64,000 nucleotides of DNA, taken from a virus. Lineage: Duplodnaviria; Caudoviricetes. The notes beneath the pieces were generated by a model that saw nothing but the letters and a program-made list of their open reading frames with translations, had not been told where the DNA came from and made no database searches. Of this stretch, positions 25,752-34,691 are shown piece by piece (the first letter of the stretch is position 1; each line of letters starts with the position of its first letter). A program made the translations under genes and the position numbers. The stretch lies in IMG/VR virus record IMGVR_UViG_3300030330_001955, positions 1-64,000 of that record, one strand, 5' to 3'.

Positions 25752-26213
25752 ATGAAAAATGAAATTGCAGTAAAAATGAGTCCAGAAGGATTAGAAGTGG
25801 CGAACACTTATTTAGAACTTGGTAGTGTAGGAGAGGTTTGTACTAAACTTGCTCTCGATGAGAATACTGTTAGCGAATATCTTAATAAACGCGAAGTCAA
25901 ACAATACATCGACCAAGTCTATCTAGATACCGGGTACAGAAACCGTTTTAAAATTGCTAGCGCACTCGATAACATCATAGAAGAGAAGTTAGCGGAAGTT
26001 GAAGAAACTGGAATGTACACTAATAAAGACGTTGCTGACCTCTTACAAATGGCTCATAAAATGAGAATGGACGAAATAAAAGCTATGGCAGAATTAGAAA
26101 AAGCTAAAACTGCCCCTATAAAACAACAAGCTAACATTCAAATAAATGAGATGCCTTTTGGTCAAGGTAATTACGGCAAACTCATGGAGAAGTTAATTGG
26201 CGAAAAGAATTGA
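25752..26213 (+). CDS. terS: Terminase small subunit (T5-type)
   Basis: MSPEGLEV..TYL, EVKQYID.VY.DTGYRNR, KL.E.EETG, AHKMRMDE closely parallels T5 TerS; promoter TTGACA(25717)-17-TATAAT(25740). Confidence 0.85.
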   Translation: MKNEIAVKMSPEGLEVANTYLELGSVGEVCTKLALDENTVSEYLNKREVKQYIDQVYLDTGYRNRFKIASALDNIIEEKLAEVEETGMYTNKDVADLLQMAHKMRMDEIKAMAELEKAKTAPIKQQANIQINEMPFGQGNYGKLMEKLIGEKN

Positions 26214-26772
26214 AGAACTTAAAAGTTCTTTAGATTGGAATAGAATACCAGTCCAAAAAATTCGAAAAATCGCGAAACTAAACAAAGACCGTGATGGGGC
26301 TTCTCGTGCAGAAGCAGTATTCAAAGACTACTTTATAAATAGACGAGGAATGACGCAAGAGCAATGGCAAGAGCAGTATGATGCAATTGCTCCTACTTGG
26401 GAATGGTATAAAACACACGCTATACACCCGAACGACCCCATGATGGTGGGATACTTAAAAGAAGTGTGGGAAAAATTTAATTGCGGGTTGGCTCAGTACA
26501 TACAGTTTTATTTACAGCCGCCTCTAATGGACTTACCCTATCATTATGATGGCAGGTCAACTAATATAAATTTTGTATACCCACACGAAGAAGTTTCTCC
26601 TCTAACAATAGAGGGAAAAGATTTTTATTATGATAACTTTGTCTTTGACGGAGGTTATCAGAAACATATGGTAAGAGGCGCTGCATCACCTAGATTTATG
26701 ATGCAGATTTGTTTTTGGGAAGTACCTTATGAAAAAGTGGTACAAGAACTAAGGAGACAGAATCATGTGTAA
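26197..26772 (+). CDS. Cupin/2OG-Fe(II) oxygenase-like protein
   Basis: LPYHYDG (HxD), INF, KHMV, RF..QI.F. Confidence 0.55.
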   Translation: MAKRIEELKSSLDWNRIPVQKIRKIAKLNKDRDGASRAEAVFKDYFINRRGMTQEQWQEQYDAIAPTWEWYKTHAIHPNDPMMVGYLKEVWEKFNCGLAQYIQFYLQPPLMDLPYHYDGRSTNINFVYPHEEVSPLTIEGKDFYYDNFVFDGGYQKHMVRGAASPRFMMQICFWEVPYEKVVQELRRQNHV

Positions 26773-26809
26773 ATGTTGTAAATGTTGCAACTGTACTTGT
26801 TGCGAATAG
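26765..26809 (+). CDS. 14-aa Cys-rich micropeptide MCKCCKCCNCTCCE (not in track)
   Basis: AGGAG at 26752-26756, ATG 26765, TAG 26807-26809 overlapping the iscU RBS. Confidence 0.65.
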   Translation: MCKCCKCCNCTCCE

Positions 26810-26817
26810 GAGGATAA

Positions 26818-27249
26818 ATGGCATACTCAAAAGAAGTAGTAGAAAGATTCGAAGCGGTAACAAATAATCCCGCGGCACACGGTGTTGGTAGGTTTGACCC
26901 TAACGACCCAATGGTTGCAACTGGACTCACAGGAGCTCCAGCTTGCGGTGATGTAATGAAACTCGATTTGAAACTAAATGAAGAGAATCAGATACTAGAT
27001 GTCAAATTTAAAACTTATGGTTGCGGAAGTGCAATCGCGAGTAGTTCACTATTTGTAGACATGCTAAAAGGTCTTACACTAGAAGAGGCTAAACTAATTA
27101 AAGATAAAGAAATAGCAGAGGTGCTGCAGTTACCTCCTATAAAACTTCATTGCTCAGTACTTGCAGAAGATTGTATAAAAAAGGCAATAGAAGATTGGGA
27201 AAAGAAAGTAGCACATAGAAACCACAACTATGATAGAGCTCACGGATAA
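26818..27249 (+). CDS. iscU: Fe-S scaffold IscU
   Basis: GAPACGDVMKL, FKTYGCGSAIASSS, LPPIKLHCSVLAED. Confidence 0.95.
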   Translation: MAYSKEVVERFEAVTNNPAAHGVGRFDPNDPMVATGLTGAPACGDVMKLDLKLNEENQILDVKFKTYGCGSAIASSSLFVDMLKGLTLEEAKLIKDKEIAEVLQLPPIKLHCSVLAEDCIKKAIEDWEKKVAHRNHNYDRAHG

Positions 27250-27547
27250 AGCATATGAAAAGCTTCTGGAGAAGACAAGAGGCGATGAGGGTATCACCAT
27301 TGCTTTACTTCCCGGCGGCTGTGCTGGTTTTGAGTATAAGTTGGATTATATTGGTAATAGAATCCTTGATAGCTCGTGGAAGATACTAGATTACGTTAAC
27401 TTTAAAATAGGAGTTGACAAGATGTCAATTCCATACTTAGATGGGGCTACCTTAGATTGGCAGCAACAAGGAATAAACGAAGAGTTTGTTTTTAGAAACC
27501 CTAACGAACAAAACAGGTGTGGCTGTGGTGTTAGCGCGTATTTCTAA
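27230..27547 (+). CDS. iscA: A-type Fe-S carrier (IscA/HesB)
   Basis: IELTDKA, GGCAGFEY, F.NPN....CGCG.S. Confidence 0.92.
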   Translation: MIELTDKAYEKLLEKTRGDEGITIALLPGGCAGFEYKLDYIGNRILDSSWKILDYVNFKIGVDKMSIPYLDGATLDWQQQGINEEFVFRNPNEQNRCGCGVSAYF

Positions 27548-27840
27548 TGGAAGTTTTTCAGTTAATAGCAGAAGTTGGAGCGCCTATAGCAGGAGCCCTG
27601 GTGATGCTTTATTTTCTGTTCATAATTATGAAACAAAAAATCGAAGACACCGTAGGTAAAGTAAAACTTTTACAAACTTTTGCAGAGTCGTTAACAACAA
27701 GAGTCAAGACTATAAACAATGACTTAATAAAATTAGACACAGCTGTTAGTTCAGCACTAGGTCTAAAACCAGATTTAGATAGAATTGCCCGAGCAGAAAA
27801 TTTTGTTGAAGATGGCACTATCGATGTTAGGAGAGATTAG
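27547..27840 (+). CDS. Single-TM coiled-coil protein
   Basis: IAEVGAPIAGALV TM, RVKTINNDLIKLD; paralog-like to the next gene. Confidence 0.7.
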   Translation: MEVFQLIAEVGAPIAGALVMLYFLFIIMKQKIEDTVGKVKLLQTFAESLTTRVKTINNDLIKLDTAVSSALGLKPDLDRIARAENFVEDGTIDVRRD

Positions 27841-28127
27841 TGAGTGATGTAGCAACGCTAATCGCCGAGTTTGGATTTCCTATTGTAATGATGGTATCGC
27901 TTGGATACTTCGTCTACTATATATGGAACTCTATACAGAAGGTTATAAATCCTGCAATCAGTAGCCAGCATATGGCGCTGATAAAACTCATTGACCAAGT
28001 ACGGATGCTTGATAATGATGTTATTCGTCTACAAGAGAAGATAGACACGGTGCTACAGATTAAAGAAAATGAAATACTTAATAGGAGCGTTAATACTAAT
28101 AGTATCGACGACGACAGTAGCCGATGA
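27840..28127 (+). CDS. Single-TM coiled-coil protein
   Basis: IAEFGFPIV TM, LIDQVRMLDNDVIRL. Confidence 0.7.
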   Translation: MSDVATLIAEFGFPIVMMVSLGYFVYYIWNSIQKVINPAISSQHMALIKLIDQVRMLDNDVIRLQEKIDTVLQIKENEILNRSVNTNSIDDDSSR

Positions 28128-28539
28128 AATAGTCCACGGCTTTAAAAATCCTTCCTTTAGCGGAATAGGAACTTCCGCACACTACCTCACTATTGAAAAT
28201 CAAGAGAAGAGTAGACGCGACCAAATTCAGGACGATATCGAATCTGCACTAAAAGCTGCTCAACGTGAAGCAGAAAACACAACTCTTGCTAAATTTATAA
28301 GAAACCTCGAAAGTAGAATCTTTGCGCAGTTATCAAAACAATTAGTAGATAATATGTTTGGTAATGATGAAGCGTCATTATTTGGTTCTTTTACACTAGA
28401 AGGTAATACAATAACTTATCAGAGAACAGAAAGCTGTACTGAGGACGGTGTATGTACAGAGATTATTAGACTTACAATAGTCGCAGAGGACGGAAGTACA
28501 ACTACAATAGACATTCCAATAGGCACTGGAGGTTTTTAA
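28069..28539 (+). CDS. csgF: Curli assembly protein CsgF-like
   Basis: Signal peptide then EIVHGFKNPSFSG...L...Q; F...LESRIFAQLSKQL; directly upstream of csgG. Confidence 0.8.
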   Translation: MKYLIGALILIVSTTTVADEIVHGFKNPSFSGIGTSAHYLTIENQEKSRRDQIQDDIESALKAAQREAENTTLAKFIRNLESRIFAQLSKQLVDNMFGNDEASLFGSFTLEGNTITYQRTESCTEDGVCTEIIRLTIVAEDGSTTTIDIPIGTGGF

Positions 28540-29378
28540 TGAAACATCTGGTTGTTCTATCCTTATTATTTTTGACAGGGTGTGCATCTATACCTATGTG
28601 GAACGACAGTTGTACTGTAGAATTTGCCAAACAATTTGGAGAGTGTAGAGAAGCTCCTGAGATTATCGAACTTCCTACATATGAACAACTCTTAAACTTC
28701 CCACCAGCAGAAGTAATGCCGGTTGTGGCTGTTTATAATTTTCAAGACCTTACAGGTCAAAGAAAGCGTAGAGATAATTTAGCAGACTTTAGTACTGCAG
28801 TTACTCAGGGCGCTACAGAATTACTCATTGACGCACTCAAAACTGCCGCAAAAGGTAAGTGGTTTCGTGTTGTCGAAAGACATGGGATTGACCACTTAGT
28901 ACGAGAAAGACAAATTGTTAGAAGTACTAGAGAAGAGAACGATAATGATAAAGGAATTCAACCTCTGCTTTTTGCGGGTATTATATTTGAAGGTGGTATC
29001 ATAGGATATGACTCAAATATTGAAACTGGCGGTAGAGGTGCAAGAACATTAGGGATTGGACATCAAACTCAATATAGAAGAGATGTTGTTACTGTAAGTT
29101 TACGTGGAATTAGCACTCTTACAGGAGAGATATTATTAAATGTCCAAACTCAAAAGACTATACTATCAGTTGGTGGAGGTTTCGATGTATTTAAGTTTGT
29201 CGATATGGACACTCAACTAGTAGAAATAGAAGACGGTGTTGCAAAAAACGAAAGCGTAACTGTTGCAACCCGTGCGGCTATAGAGGCTGCAGTGGTCGCC
29301 GTTATTAAGCAAGGCGACGAAAGGGGCTACTGGAAAATCCAGGAGCAATTGGGAGATGAAAGTGAAGAAACTAAATAG
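28539..29378 (+). CDS. csgG: Curli secretion channel CsgG (lipoprotein)
   Basis: LTGC lipobox, VAVYNFQDLTGQRK, FSTAVTQGA, WFRVVER.G...L..ERQIVR, EGGIIGYDSN. Confidence 0.93.
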   Translation: MKHLVVLSLLFLTGCASIPMWNDSCTVEFAKQFGECREAPEIIELPTYEQLLNFPPAEVMPVVAVYNFQDLTGQRKRRDNLADFSTAVTQGATELLIDALKTAAKGKWFRVVERHGIDHLVRERQIVRSTREENDNDKGIQPLLFAGIIFEGGIIGYDSNIETGGRGARTLGIGHQTQYRRDVVTVSLRGISTLTGEILLNVQTQKTILSVGGGFDVFKFVDMDTQLVEIEDGVAKNESVTVATRAAIEAAVVAVIKQGDERGYWKIQEQLGDESEETK

Positions 29379-30087
29379 CATACTATTCGTTTTATTACTT
29401 TCTGCTGGCTATGTGCTAGCCGACGCCTCCGATAACGAGATTTTTCTCGAACAGGAAGGTGACACACTTGAATTGACAATTGACCAAGTAGGTTATGGAA
29501 ACAAGTTCTGTGGAACAATATCATCTGGCGCTTGTGCTAGTGATATGGTAATCACAGGTAGTAACATAACTTTTAATTTGGATCAATTAGGTAATAGTAA
29601 CCAACTATTCGGGCCTATCATATTAGACTCTTCTAATATAGATATGTCTTTTACTGGAGATAGCAATGTCTTTGATTGGAATATTGGTGCTACAGGTTCT
29701 GCCGATAACTTAGATTTAGATTTAACCGTTACTGGCGATAGCAACTCATGGAATCTTGATATTGGAGGTAACGCTTCATCAGAAAGTTTAAACTATGATT
29801 TAACTATTACTACAGGAAGTTCAAATGTTTTTACACAAATATTTGACTCTGACAACAACAAGTGGGAATTAGAACTAGCAGGTGGTAGTAATGACTTCAA
29901 TACTACTCAGAAAGACGCAGATCAAATCTTAATTATTGACTATGATGGTGATGATGGAGATATAGATATTGTCCAGCAATCTGGAACCTGTCCAAACGGT
30001 GTTACAACCTGTTCAGGTGTGATAGATATGGAGATTGATTCTGACGATGCAGTTATTACAATTAACCAGAAAGATACTAGCGACTAG
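29356..30087 (+). CDS. Secreted curlin-like beta-solenoid protein
   Basis: Signal peptide, repeated x-Q-x-G-x-x-N and GDSN units, very acidic, Cys pairs. Confidence 0.7.
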   Translation: MKVKKLNSILFVLLLSAGYVLADASDNEIFLEQEGDTLELTIDQVGYGNKFCGTISSGACASDMVITGSNITFNLDQLGNSNQLFGPIILDSSNIDMSFTGDSNVFDWNIGATGSADNLDLDLTVTGDSNSWNLDIGGNASSESLNYDLTITTGSSNVFTQIFDSDNNKWELELAGGSNDFNTTQKDADQILIIDYDGDDGDIDIVQQSGTCPNGVTTCSGVIDMEIDSDDAVITINQKDTSD

Positions 30088-31156
30088 TTTATTAGTCCCT
30101 GCTTTTGCTTTTGCAGACATAGGTAATATATTTGAGCAAACAGGAGTAGGAAACATCACAAGACAGAATGATACGCTTGATGCGGTCGAAGGTGTAGACA
30201 TCTTATTATATGATACACTAAATACTGGCAATGGGCGTATCGCTGTCAACTTTTTAGACGATTCTAATTTAAGACTTACAGAACATTCAGAAGTTTTAAT
30301 AGATGAAGTAATTTACGACCCAAACCCTTCTAAATCCAAGATGGTTATGAAGTTTGCAATGGGCACAGCCCGTTTCACTTCTGGAAAACTTGGAATGGTT
30401 AATAAAGCCAATATCGATATACAAACACCTACAGCAAGTATCGGTATAAGAGGCACAGATTTTACAACAACGATAGATGAATTAGGAAGAAGCTTAATTA
30501 TTCTATTACCTGATGCAAGTGGTGACGCTTCAGGAATTATAACAGTAAGTAACGAAGCTGGTACTGTAACCCTCGACCAAGCTTATCAAGCAACGATGGT
30601 GAGTACAATCTCAAGCATGCCAGCAAAGCCTGTTACAATTACAAATATTACTGTAGGAATGATAGACAATATGTTTATTGTCAATCCTCCTGAAGAAGTA
30701 CAAAGGCAACAAGATGAACAACAGAACGAAAATCGTTCTAACAATATTCTAGAAGCTGACTTTCTTGAGTTTAACGACTTAGAGCAAGACTATCTAGATG
30801 AAAATGAATTAGAGTACACAGAATTAGACAGAGACCTCTTAGATGTAGATTTCTTACAAGACTTGTTAGAAATTATAGAAGAAGCTGACTTACTCGATAG
30901 AAGAAAGAGTGCAGGTGGTTTTGAGAATGTCGATATTGTTGGTACTCTACCAGGATTTGACAAAGATACACAGTATCAAACAATAGTCGAAGACAATGGC
31001 AAAATATGGTTTTATAGAGAGGTCACAGGTATTATCAGTATACGACTAGCGCAAGATGCAAATGCTAGAATCAATACTATTACTGATGAAAAAGAAAGTA
31101 TAATAACGGTTGGTGATGGCGAATCCATCAGCATTATAATAAGGCAAACAAATTGA
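30035..31156 (+). CDS. Secreted FecR-domain protein
   Basis: D.L.TGNGR..V.F.D.S.L.L.E.S, G.ARF.SG, I.TPTASIGIRGTDF; acidic C-terminal repeats. Confidence 0.85.
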   Translation: MILTMQLLQLTRKILATSLLVPAFAFADIGNIFEQTGVGNITRQNDTLDAVEGVDILLYDTLNTGNGRIAVNFLDDSNLRLTEHSEVLIDEVIYDPNPSKSKMVMKFAMGTARFTSGKLGMVNKANIDIQTPTASIGIRGTDFTTTIDELGRSLIILLPDASGDASGIITVSNEAGTVTLDQAYQATMVSTISSMPAKPVTITNITVGMIDNMFIVNPPEEVQRQQDEQQNENRSNNILEADFLEFNDLEQDYLDENELEYTELDRDLLDVDFLQDLLEIIEEADLLDRRKSAGGFENVDIVGTLPGFDKDTQYQTIVEDNGKIWFYREVTGIISIRLAQDANARINTITDEKESIITVGDGESISIIIRQTN

Positions 31157-31842
31157 AAAACGAAGAAATACGAGAAAAATGCGAACTATGTGGGCTTATT
31201 AGCCTATTCCTAATGTCACTATTAGCGGTTGCTCCTGCTGCACGAGCTGGAGACAATCACGTACACATTGACCAGGTTGGTACTGGTGGAGATGAAGTAA
31301 CTTTGACTATTGACCAAGAAGGTTACAATAATCAGATAGACTTCTCTTTTGCACATAGTGGTAATACTATTATACTAAAACAATATGGAGCGAATAATAA
31401 AGTATCTTGGGTTCCGTACTGGGGTTCAGGTAAGTCCTGGGGTGGCGATATAGACGGCACAGGCAATAACTTAAATATTGAACAATGGAACGGAGCTACA
31501 TATGGTGGACATGTTTGGGGTGATGATAATGATATAGATATTTATCAACACGGAACTCAAACTCACTATCTTGACATACACATGGACGATGTAGTTCATG
31601 AGATTTTACAAGAAGGTTCAGGAAGCAGTTATTCACATGTTTACTACTATGGAACTGCAGATGGCTCTACAGTAGACATACAACAAAAAGGTGGTGGCAG
31701 TCACAATGCTACTATAACACTACAAGGCACTCAGCCTACTAATTTAACTTTAATACAAGACAGCGCTAGTAATCAAACTTATGGTCTTACACAGACTTGC
31801 TATACTTCAGGCGGCTGCAATATTACAGTAACTCAAGACTAA
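31153..31842 (+). CDS. Second curlin-like beta-solenoid protein
   Basis: DNHVHIDQVG, IDQEGYNN, LKQYGANN, IQQKGGGSH; C-terminal CYTSGGC. Confidence 0.7.
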   Translation: MKNEEIREKCELCGLISLFLMSLLAVAPAARAGDNHVHIDQVGTGGDEVTLTIDQEGYNNQIDFSFAHSGNTIILKQYGANNKVSWVPYWGSGKSWGGDIDGTGNNLNIEQWNGATYGGHVWGDDNDIDIYQHGTQTHYLDIHMDDVVHEILQEGSGSSYSHVYYYGTADGSTVDIQQKGGGSHNATITLQGTQPTNLTLIQDSASNQTYGLTQTCYTSGGCNITVTQD

Positions 31843-33611
31843 TGAAAATCAATTTATTACTAGGTGCTGCTCTTCTTGCAGTCCTGGTCTGGAATCCTTA
31901 CCCTTTACAAATACTTGAACTAAAAAGTTTAGACGCTTTGATTATGTCTAGAGATACTGTTCAAGATGAAATGATACTACTTGTAGATATTGATGAAGAA
32001 ACCGTAGAACACTTTGGAGGTTATCCTCTACCGAGAGACTTTTATGGTGAGCTAATAGACTACACAGCGGGTACTCCAGGAATCACAGTAGCTTTTCCCG
32101 ACCCAGATATACATGGAAAAGACAAATTCTTACAAAATGCACTAGATTATAAACCCACCGTACTATCTTTTATAGGTAGCACCCAAGCAAGTGAAGGCGG
32201 CCCACATGTGGGTACTGCTCAACTAGGAAATGGAGACCCATCAGAATGGCTATACAAGTACCCAGGAATTTTACGATCACACATCAACAGCGAAGGCGTC
32301 GGCTTAATAAGCAGCGTACCAGAATTAGACGGCGTCGTCAGGCGTCTGCCCCTCGCCATAAGCGTTGATAATAAAATATATCCTAGTTTTGCACTAGAGA
32401 TGCTTAGACTTGCTGCAGAAGACCCCAGCTATCAGATAAAAACAGAAGAGACTGGCGTTGAATGGGTAAGAGTTCCTAAGTTTGGTAAGATTGTTACTAA
32501 CGAAAATGGTACTGTGTGGGCAAATTGGAATACAAAGTTTCACAGACAAACAGCATTAGACTATTTTCAGGAGCCAGTCCCTGCGCCTTTTGTTGTTTTC
32601 GGCGTTACTGCAGAGGGGGTGGCTCCGCTCGTAGCAACTCCCAACGGGCCAATGTACCCACATGACGTACAAGCGACAGTTTTGAACACAATTGTGAACG
32701 GAAATGCGCTTTCACAGCCCTCGTGGGGATACTTGGCAGAGATAGGTATAACAATTATCGGAATGATACTCATTATTTTAGTATCTTCTAGTATTTGGTG
32801 GAGCTTACCAGTCATTTTATCACTATTAGGAGGACTTTCTTACGCTTCCTGGAAGCTTGTTGAATCTTCCTACTTGTTTGACGTTTCTGGCACGCTACTT
32901 ATACTGTTTTTATTCTGGAGTATTGTACAATTTCATAGTTTTATTACTCAATATTTGTTGAGATTACAGATTAAACAACAATTTGGGACGTATGTTAGCC
33001 CTGCCCAAGTAGAAATACTCCAAAATAATCCAAAATTACTGAGATTGGGTGGGGTGACAAAACGAATGACTTTCCTTTTTTCTGATATCCGAGGTTTCAC
33101 CCCGATTTCAGAATTTTATCAGTCTGACCCACAAAAATTAGTGGAACTGGTTAATCGTTTTTTAACTAATCAGACTGATATCATACTCAAACACGAGGGA
33201 ACAATAGATAAATACATGGGAGACTGCATCATGGCTTTTTGGAACGCACCTCTCGATGTCGAAGACCAAGAAAGAAAAGCCACAGAGTGCGCTCTCGAGA
33301 TGAGAGTAGCTTTAGAGGAGTTAAATGATGTTCTCAGGAATGAAGGAAGCCCTGAAATCAATACTGGAGTCGGAATCAATACAGGACCGTGTGTTGTCGG
33401 TAATATGGGTAGTAATAGTCGCTTTGATTATAGTGTTCTCGGCGACGCTGTTAATCTCGCTGCTAGACTTGAATCATCTTGTAAAACCTATGACACCGAT
33501 CTTATAATATCAGAGTACAGCATGGTCGACGGATTCGACTATAAGTTCTTAGACGAGGTCACGGTGAAAGGAAAGTCTGAACCAGTTAAAATTTATACCA
33601 TCGAAAAATAG
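31842..33611 (+). CDS. CHASE2-domain class III adenylate cyclase
   Basis: LVDIDE..V...G.YP.PR and DGVVRRLP (CHASE2), three TMs, FSDIRGFT, IDKYMGDCIMAFW, DYSVLGDAVNLAARLE with ATP-specifying K and D. Confidence 0.93.
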   Translation: MKINLLLGAALLAVLVWNPYPLQILELKSLDALIMSRDTVQDEMILLVDIDEETVEHFGGYPLPRDFYGELIDYTAGTPGITVAFPDPDIHGKDKFLQNALDYKPTVLSFIGSTQASEGGPHVGTAQLGNGDPSEWLYKYPGILRSHINSEGVGLISSVPELDGVVRRLPLAISVDNKIYPSFALEMLRLAAEDPSYQIKTEETGVEWVRVPKFGKIVTNENGTVWANWNTKFHRQTALDYFQEPVPAPFVVFGVTAEGVAPLVATPNGPMYPHDVQATVLNTIVNGNALSQPSWGYLAEIGITIIGMILIILVSSSIWWSLPVILSLLGGLSYASWKLVESSYLFDVSGTLLILFLFWSIVQFHSFITQYLLRLQIKQQFGTYVSPAQVEILQNNPKLLRLGGVTKRMTFLFSDIRGFTPISEFYQSDPQKLVELVNRFLTNQTDIILKHEGTIDKYMGDCIMAFWNAPLDVEDQERKATECALEMRVALEELNDVLRNEGSPEINTGVGINTGPCVVGNMGSNSRFDYSVLGDAVNLAARLESSCKTYDTDLIISEYSMVDGFDYKFLDEVTVKGKSEPVKIYTIEK

Positions 33612-33643
33612 TTCTTGACATGACCCTGTAATTTTGGTATAAT
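33605..33643 (+). promoter_or_regulatory. Sigma70 promoter with AAAATAGTTC element
   Basis: TTGACA(33615)-17-TATAAT(33638). Confidence 0.85.
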
Positions 33644-33686
33644 TTAAGTTGTATAAAAATATACACAAGTAAACAGGAGCTAGGTA

Positions 33687-33917
33687 ATGGAAGTCGAAGA
33701 ACTAAGTGCCGAGTTAAAAAAGCACGAAGCCATTTGTGAAGAGCGCTGGAAAACTGTATTTAATCAGCTCCAAGGTATTGAAGGGAGGTCTGCTAAACGG
33801 TTTGACGGTGTTGAATCATCAATAACACGAATTGAGACAATACTAATAAGTGTTGCAGGCACAATCATTGTGGGAGGTGCTGGGGTCATATATTCAATGT
33901 GGCAAATGCACCCATAG
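33687..33917 (+). CDS. Coiled-coil plus C-terminal TM protein
   Basis: HEAICEERW motif, one TM. Confidence 0.7.
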   Translation: MEVEELSAELKKHEAICEERWKTVFNQLQGIEGRSAKRFDGVESSITRIETILISVAGTIIVGGAGVIYSMWQMHP

Positions 33918-33925
33918 GAGAAATA

Positions 33926-34102
33926 ATGGAATTAGAATACGATAAAAAAGATGTAGCAAAAAGCCCAAAGGTAAAAGAAGCAAAATTACCAAAAGGGTAT
34001 GACCTTTATTTAAAAAGAGGTAAGTGGTGTCTACGCGATGTCAACGGTAGACTATGGAAGTTTGATAGCGAAAAAGAGGCATTACAACATGCAAACGGAT
34101 AA
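33926..34102 (+). CDS. Hypothetical protein
   Basis: AGGAG RBS before MELEY. Confidence 0.55.
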   Translation: MELEYDKKDVAKSPKVKEAKLPKGYDLYLKRGKWCLRDVNGRLWKFDSEKEALQHANG

Positions 34103-34265
34103 ATCAATCAATCAAGAAGAGCAAGCAGTAGAAGAAAAAGTTATTACTGCAGCTGAGAAACGAGCAGCAATGTTAGCGGCTCGTAAAAAGAATCTACAGC
34201 GACAAAAAAGAGGGAAACTTCCACGTTCGCTTAGATAGGAGACTTAGGTCTATTGGGAGAGCGTT

Positions 34266-34430
34266 ATGCCATCAGGTAAAGGAACGTACGGCAAAAGAAG
34301 AGGCCGTCCGATGAAAAGCAAGAAAAGAAAGAACGGTAAGAAAAAGAGAAAAGGTTTGACAGCCGCTCAAAAAAGATTGCCAAAGAAATTGCAACAAGCA
34401 ATTTTACGGAAGTTGAGAGGTAGAAGATAA
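34266..34430 (+). CDS. 54-aa Lys/Arg-rich protein (not in track)
   Basis: MPSGKGTYGKRRGRP...LTAAQKRLPKKLQQAIL; GGGAG RBS. Confidence 0.7.
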   Translation: MPSGKGTYGKRRGRPMKSKKRKNGKKKRKGLTAAQKRLPKKLQQAILRKLRGRR

Positions 34431-34519
34431 TGCCATATCATTACAAACCTAAAAAGAAGAAAAAGAAAAAAGGTGGCAGGAAGAAACGCAAAAGCATGAG
34501 GAGGCATCATGGCTGTTAG
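34430..34519 (+). CDS. 29-aa Lys-rich peptide (not in track)
   Basis: MPYHYKPKKKKKKKGGRKKRKSMRRHHGC; TAATG coupling. Confidence 0.55.
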   Translation: MPYHYKPKKKKKKKGGRKKRKSMRRHHGC

Positions 34520-34691
34520 ACGAAAAAGAAAAACCAAAAGAAAAACTCTTACTAAACGTCAACAAGCAACTATGAGACGTCATGCTAAACATCATACTAG
34601 AAAGCATATGGCTATGATGAGACGACTAATGCTACAAGGTAAAACATTTACCCAGGCGCACAAAGCGGCACAGAGAAAGGTAGGAAGATAA
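34509..34691 (+). CDS. Basic protein
   Basis: H..HHT.KHM..MR..M..G.TFTQAHK.A. Confidence 0.7.
   Translation: MAVRRKRKTKRKTLTKRQQATMRRHAKHHTRKHMAMMRRLMLQGKTFTQAHKAAQRKVGR

Noticed and set aside
22944-25805. Ordinary palindromic restriction-site avoidance as the cause of the odd composition
   Set aside because: GAATTC (24071, 24359), CTAG and TGCA persist, and the ACT loss is on one strand only.
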